From assembly GCA_041178545.1 (NCBI GenBank), contig JBEGVB010000167.1:6438-70437 (forward strand): a stretch of DNA of 64,000 bases, given 5' to 3'. Below are positions 59,839-64,000 of this stretch, in pieces (positions within the stretch are counted from its first letter, which is position 1; every line of letters starts with the position of its first letter). The translations under genes were made by a program, and so were the position numbers. The DNA comes from Planctomycetota bacterium (GTDB lineage: Bacteria > Planctomycetota > UBA1135 > UBA2386). Below the pieces are notes generated by a model. The model worked only from the letters and a program-made list of their open reading frames with translations. It was not told where the DNA came from and searched no databases.

Positions 59839-61058
59839 GCCAGGACCTCGACGTCCTCGTGGTGGGCGGCGGTGCCGCAGGCATCATGGCCGCCACCACG
59901 GCTGCACAGCGCGGCCGCCGGGTGGTGCTGCTGGAAAAGAACCAGCGCCCCGGCCTCAAGATCCTCATCAGTGGCGGCGGCCGCTGCAACCTGACCACCA
60001 CCCGCACGGGCGCCGACCTCGAGGCGCAGTACGGCGTGCGGCGCGGCAGGTTCCTGCGCCATGCACTCCGCAGCTTCCCTCCCGCGGCGCTCCGCCAGCT
60101 GGTGGAGGAGGAGGGGGTCGCGCTGCACGAGGAGGACCTGGAGAAGATCTTCCCGGTCTCCCGGAAGGCCCGCGACGTCCTGGACGCGGTGCTGCGGCGG
60201 ATGGAGCGGGCGGGTGCCCGCATGGCCGTGCAACAGCCGGTGCGGTCGGTGCACCGCGTCGAGGGCGGGTACGAGGTGCGCACCCCGGACCAGGCCTGGC
60301 GCGCTGCCAGCCTCGTGCTGGCGACGGGCGGCCTGAGCTACCCCAAGACCGGTGCCACCGGGGACGGCTACGGGTTCGTGCGCGGGCTCGGGCACACGGT
60401 CACCGACACGGTCCCGGCGCTGGCTCCCCTCGCGGTGGACGCGCCGTGGCTGCACGAGTTGCAGGGCATCGTCCTGCAGGACACCGACCTCCTCGTGCGC
60501 GACCGCGACGGCCGCGAGGTGCGCAGGCGGAGGCGGCCCATCCTCTTCACGCACCGCGGCCTCTCGGGCCCCGGCCCGATGGACCTGTCGGGGGACGTGG
60601 AGGAACGGCACGGCGGGTGCTCGCTCTCCTTCGTGTTCGACGTACACCGCAGGCGTGAGGACATCGAGCCCGAGTGGCTCGCTGCCGGCCGCGAGAACGG
60701 CAGGCGTGGCGTCGAGTCGTTGCTGCCGCGCGAGTTGCCCGAGCGGCTGCGGCGCACCCTGTGCACCCTGGCGGAAGTCGACGGCCAGCTCGCCGGGCTG
60801 AGCCGCGAGGGCCGCAAGCGGTTGCTGGACGTGCTCACCAACCTCACGGTCCCGGTGGATCGCAGTCTGGGATTCGACCACGCCGAGGTGACCCGCGGCG
60901 GGGTGTCCCTGGACGAGGTGGACCCGCGCACGATGCAATCGAGGGTCTCACCCGGCCTCTTCGTGTGCGGCGAGTTGCTCGACGTGGACGGCCCGATCGG
61001 CGGCTTCAACTTCCAGGCGGCTTTCGCCACGGGACGGCTGGCCGGTCTGAACGCCTAG
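59835..61058 (+). CDS. HI0933/BaiN-like NAD(P)/FAD-dependent oxidoreductase (start uncertain: CTG 59835 or GTG 59859)
   Basis: 'DLDVLVVGGGAAGIMAATTAAQRG..VVLLEKN...G.KILISGGGRCNLT' is the HI0933 family N-terminus. 'FTHRGLSGP' and the C-terminal 'GELLDVDGPIGGFNFQAAFATG' are also present. The conserved beta1 strand lies upstream of the first canonical start codon. Confidence 0.8.
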   Translation: MSQDLDVLVVGGGAAGIMAATTAAQRGRRVVLLEKNQRPGLKILISGGGRCNLTTTRTGADLEAQYGVRRGRFLRHALRSFPPAALRQLVEEEGVALHEEDLEKIFPVSRKARDVLDAVLRRMERAGARMAVQQPVRSVHRVEGGYEVRTPDQAWRAASLVLATGGLSYPKTGATGDGYGFVRGLGHTVTDTVPALAPLAVDAPWLHELQGIVLQDTDLLVRDRDGREVRRRRRPILFTHRGLSGPGPMDLSGDVEERHGGCSLSFVFDVHRRREDIEPEWLAAGRENGRRGVESLLPRELPERLRRTLCTLAEVDGQLAGLSREGRKRLLDVLTNLTVPVDRSLGFDHAEVTRGGVSLDEVDPRTMQSRVSPGLFVCGELLDVDGPIGGFNFQAAFATGRLAGLNA

Positions 61059-61059
61059 C

Positions 61060-62352
61060 ATGCTCGGCGACACCATCCATGCCGTTGCCTCTCCACCCGG
61101 TGCCGCACCGCGTGCCGTGCTGCGGCTGTCGGGGCCGCGTGCCGTCGACGCAGCTGCCCTCGTGTTCGCGCCTGCGCTGGCCCGCGTGCGTGCAACCGTC
61201 GAGGGAAGCGTGTTCGCAGCAGGCGTCTCCTTCGCGGCCTTCGCGCTCGTGATGCCAGCACCCGCCTCGTTCACCGGCGAGGACGTGGTGGAGCTGCACG
61301 TGCCGGGCAGCCCGATGCTGCTCGAACTGCTTGCGGAGCGGTTTGCCGAGGCGCGCGACCGACTCGACCTGCGCCGTGCCCTGCCCGGCGAGTTCACGCG
61401 GCGCGCGTTCGAGAACGGTCGCATCGACCTGTGCCAGGCGCAGGCGGTCCTCGCGTTGGTCGGTGCCGCCGACGCGCGCGAAGCCGCTGCTGCTGCTGCG
61501 ATGCTCCAGGGTTCGGTGACCGGTGCCGTACGCACGGCTCGCTCGGGCCTGCAGGACGCACTTGCGTTGCTCGAGGCAGGGCTCGATTTCGACGAGGGGG
61601 AGACCGGCGCCGTCGACCCGCAGCAGTGGGTGCCGCCGCTCGCCGAGGCACGCCGGCTGCTGTGCAGCCTCTTGTCGCAGGTGCCGCGTGGCATCGCGGG
61701 CGGCGAACTGCTCCTGGTCGGGCGGGCCAATGCCGGCAAGTCCTCGCTGTGCAACGCGCTTGCAGGTCGCGATGCGGTGCTGGTGGGGCCCACGGCAGGC
61801 ACCACGCGCGACCTCGTGCGCGTCGAACTCGCGCCCGGCCTGGCCCTGTGGGACGCGCCGGGCGACCTCGACGGTGCCGAGGGGTGGGACCGGCAGGCGC
61901 TGCAGTTGCGCGACCGGCTTGCCGGGGCCGCCGCAGGCTCGCTCTGGGTGGTGGACCCGCGCGATCCCGGCCCGCCACCCGAGTCGTGGAGGCCGCTTGC
62001 CGTGGTGGCGACCCGCGCCGACGTGGTCGCTGGCTGGTCGGCTCCCGCAGGACTCGAGCCGGTCCCGACCTTCCTCGTGAGCACGACCACGGGCACTGGC
62101 ATCCCTGCATTGCGGGGATGGCTGGAGCGGCTCTCTGGTTCTGGCAGCAGTGCCGCACTGGCCCCCCTGCGCGAGGCACTGGAGGAGTCTGCGGGTGCGT
62201 TGGCCCGGGCCCTCGGCGCGTCTGTCGGTGCCCCGGAGGTCGCGGCACTGGAGCTGCGCACCGCGCTGCAGGTCCTCGATGGCATCGGCGGGACCCACTC
62301 CCCGGAACTCCTGCTCGACCGCATCTTCGGGCGCTTCTGTCTCGGCAAATAG
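61060..62352 (+). CDS. mnmE: tRNA modification GTPase MnmE (TrmE)
   Basis: N-terminal 'DTIHAVASPPG..PRAVLRLSG' and 'SFTGEDVVELH.PGS', a G-domain 'VGRANAGKSSLCNALAG....V....GTTRD', and the canonical C-terminal 'FCLGK'. Confidence 0.88.
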   Translation: MLGDTIHAVASPPGAAPRAVLRLSGPRAVDAAALVFAPALARVRATVEGSVFAAGVSFAAFALVMPAPASFTGEDVVELHVPGSPMLLELLAERFAEARDRLDLRRALPGEFTRRAFENGRIDLCQAQAVLALVGAADAREAAAAAAMLQGSVTGAVRTARSGLQDALALLEAGLDFDEGETGAVDPQQWVPPLAEARRLLCSLLSQVPRGIAGGELLLVGRANAGKSSLCNALAGRDAVLVGPTAGTTRDLVRVELAPGLALWDAPGDLDGAEGWDRQALQLRDRLAGAAAGSLWVVDPRDPGPPPESWRPLAVVATRADVVAGWSAPAGLEPVPTFLVSTTTGTGIPALRGWLERLSGSGSSAALAPLREALEESAGALARALGASVGAPEVAALELRTALQVLDGIGGTHSPELLLDRIFGRFCLGK

Positions 62353-62366
62353 GTCGTCGTGAGCCT

Positions 62367-62396
62367 TTGACACACAACGGCTTGTGGCGCTAAGGT
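62367..62396 (+). promoter_or_regulatory. Putative sigma70-type promoter of nrdR with embedded palindrome
   Basis: TTGACA (62367-62372), 18 nt, then TAAGGT (62391-62396), about 70 nt upstream of the nrdR ATG. The spacer contains CACAA-CGGC-TTGTG (62373-62386). Confidence 0.3.
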
Positions 62397-62465
62397 CCGC
62401 CCGTCGCAGATGCTGTTGCGTCACCGAGGTCAGTCGGTGGACCGCACTGCGGCAATGGCTCTGCC

Positions 62466-62963
62466 ATGCGCTGCCCCTACTGCAAGGCCGACAACGACCG
62501 CGTCATCGACTCCCGCGCCAGTGCGGATGGCTTCGCCATCCGGCGGCGTCGGGTGTGCGCCGACTGCGATCGTCGCTACACGACCTATGAACGGGTCGAG
62601 ACGGCACCACTCCGCGTGGTGAAGAAGAACGGGGAGCGCACGGCATTCGATCGCGCCAAGGTGCTCGGTGGGATGTTGCGGGCCTGCGAGAAGCGGCCCG
62701 TGTCCGTCGAGCAGTTGGAGGCGATCGCGGATCGGGTCGAGCAGCAGTGCATGGAGGCCTTCGACAAGGAGGTGCCGAGCAAGGTCATCGGCAACCTCAT
62801 CATGCAGGAGCTGCGCGCACTCGACCAGGTTGCGTACGTGCGGTTTGCATCGGTGTACCGCGAGTTCAAGGACGTGAGCCAGTTCCTGGACGAGCTGAAG
62901 CCGATGCTCGAGAAGCGGCAGAAGGGCGGGATCCATGAAGAGGCGGGCGGAGCATCTGGTTGA
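62466..62963 (+). CDS. nrdR: Transcriptional repressor NrdR (zinc ribbon + ATP-cone)
   Basis: 'MRCPYCKADNDRVIDSR....G..IRRRR.C..C..R.TTYERVE' plus an ATP-cone 'VVKKNGERTAFDRAKV....ACEKRPV' and 'AYVRFASVYREFKDV'. Confidence 0.93.
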   Translation: MRCPYCKADNDRVIDSRASADGFAIRRRRVCADCDRRYTTYERVETAPLRVVKKNGERTAFDRAKVLGGMLRACEKRPVSVEQLEAIADRVEQQCMEAFDKEVPSKVIGNLIMQELRALDQVAYVRFASVYREFKDVSQFLDELKPMLEKRQKGGIHEEAGGASG

Positions 62964-63372
62964 GAAGCGCGACGGACGTACCGAGTGGTTGCGCACGACG
63001 AAACTGGCAAGGTCTGTCCACCAGGCGCTCTGCAGCGTCGGTGTGAACGAGGACTGGCGCGCGCTGGAGATCGCGAACGCGGTCGTCCACGGCGTGCGCG
63101 CACGTCGTGACGCTGCCTTGGCGCTCGGCCGCAACATCGGCCCGATGAGCACCACCGAGCTCGCGGACGCGGTGCAGAACGTCCTCGTCGCCACCGGCCA
63201 GGCCGCTGCCGCTGCTGCGTACGGCGCGATGGGCGTGGAGCGCCAGCGCAGGCGCAACAGCCTTGCTACGCTGGGCCGATCCCTCCATGTCGAGGGTCCT
63301 GCCTTCCTCGGCGCCGCCATGTCCCTTCACGGTGAAGGCATGGTCGCCACGAACCGTCTGCCCAAGGATTGA
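62935..63372 (+). CDS. Stand-alone ATP-cone domain protein
   Basis: 'LVEKRDGRTEWLRTTKLARSVHQAL......ALEIANAVVHGV.......MSTTELADAVQNVLVATGQAAAAAAYGAM' follows the ATP-cone consensus (V.KRDGR.E.f...Ki..si..a...). GC3 is high. The gene overlaps the nrdR 3' end by 29 nt and ends 2 nt before smc. Confidence 0.6.
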   Translation: MKRRAEHLVEKRDGRTEWLRTTKLARSVHQALCSVGVNEDWRALEIANAVVHGVRARRDAALALGRNIGPMSTTELADAVQNVLVATGQAAAAAAYGAMGVERQRRRNSLATLGRSLHVEGPAFLGAAMSLHGEGMVATNRLPKD

Positions 63373-63374
63373 CC

Positions 63375-64000
63375 ATGAGGCTCAAGCGACTCGTCTGCCG
63401 CGGCTTCAAGTCCTTCGCGGACCGAACCGAGTTCGAGTTCGACAACCGGCTCACGGGCATCATCGGCCCGAACGGCTGCGGCAAGTCGAACGTCGTCGAC
63501 GCCATCAAGTGGGTGCTGGGCGACCAGCGCGCCAAGAGCCTGCGCGGCAACGAGATGACGGACGTCATCTTCAAGGGCGCAGAGGGCCGCGAGGCGATGG
63601 GCATGGCGGAGGTCATCATGACCTTCGAGGACCCGACCGGCCGTTTCGGTGAGCGCAACGAGGTCGACATCGGCCGCCGGCTCACGCTCGACAAGGAGTC
63701 TGCGTACCTCCTCAACGGGCAGGAAGTCCGCCTCAAGGACGTGCGCGACGTGCTGCTGGACACCGGTCTCGGCACCAGCGGCTACTCCGTGATGGAGCAG
63801 GGCCGCATCGACGCGGTGTTGTCCGCCAACCCGGACGCGCGCCGCGCGATCTTCGAGGAGGCAGCAGGCGTCGCCCGGTTCAAGATCCAGAAGAAGGAGG
63901 CGCTCCGCAAGCTGGAGCGCACCGACCAGAACCTCGCGCGCATCACCGACCTGCTCGAGGAGCGCTCGCGCCGCATCCGCAGCCTGCGCATCCAGGCCGG
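63375..64000 (+). CDS. smc: Chromosome segregation protein SMC, 5' part (runs off the window)
   Basis: 'MRLKRLVCRGFKSFADRTEFEFDNRLTGIIGPNGCGKSNVVDAIKWVLGDQRAKSLRG..M.DVIF.G' is the canonical SMC head with Walker A. There is no stop before the window end. Confidence 0.92.
   Translation, partial: MRLKRLVCRGFKSFADRTEFEFDNRLTGIIGPNGCGKSNVVDAIKWVLGDQRAKSLRGNEMTDVIFKGAEGREAMGMAEVIMTFEDPTGRFGERNEVDIGRRLTLDKESAYLLNGQEVRLKDVRDVLLDTGLGTSGYSVMEQGRIDAVLSANPDARRAIFEEAAGVARFKIQKKEALRKLERTDQNLARITDLLEERSRRIRSLRIQA

Overview
This is a densely packed, very GC-rich bacterial chromosomal segment; codon third positions are almost always G/C, and I did not compute an exact GC value. I can support about 60 protein-coding genes on both strands, one tRNA-Leu(CAG), and a canonical smpB-ssrA (tmRNA) pair. 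I see no rRNA, CRISPR array, integrase, transposase or prophage signature.

Recognisable content:
- RNA and protein housekeeping: clpS, RumA-type rRNA methyltransferase, panB, pcnB, dus, smpB/tmRNA, rnpA-yidD, clpP, rho, rplC, mnmE, nrdR, and the 5' end of smc.
- Transport: a sugar ABC transporter, an ABC-2/GldG/DUF4340 module, and an MFS transporter.
- A Tat-exported PhoX phosphatase.
- hflK-hflC followed by two lipid-binding-fold proteins.
- Several vWA/DUF58/BatA-type proteins.
- A cluster of three large GT-C-like membrane glycosyltransferase homologues (two tandem YfhO plus one ArnT/PMT-like).

Gene order is fragmented: rplC stands alone, and rnpA-yidD lack rpmH and yidC. Together with the vWA/BatA abundance this is reminiscent of Planctomycetota-like genomes, but taxonomy cannot be settled from this window.

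Many long ORFs in the six-frame track are antisense or out-of-frame artefacts typical of high-GC DNA, and I rejected them.

Observations most worth a second look:
1. A roughly 120-codon gene missing from the ORF track (DUF2007-like fold plus C-terminal zinc ribbon). Its coding signal runs straight through an in-frame TGA, which is followed by a GGUC-looped hairpin. It is either a candidate selenocysteine/readthrough site or a fresh nonsense mutation.
2. Arg/Gly-rich low-complexity extensions on both Rho (N-terminus) and poly(A) polymerase (a roughly 320-aa C-terminal tail with two R10-11 runs).
3. The divergent YfhO-YfhO / membrane protein / GT-C cluster.
4. An orphan ATP-cone protein overlapping the 3' end of nrdR.
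5. A flavoprotein whose conserved N-terminus can only be reached from a CTG start, which overlaps the stop codon of an unannotated 51-aa basic ORF downstream of rplC.

No obvious defence island, mobile element or large biosynthetic cluster is visible.
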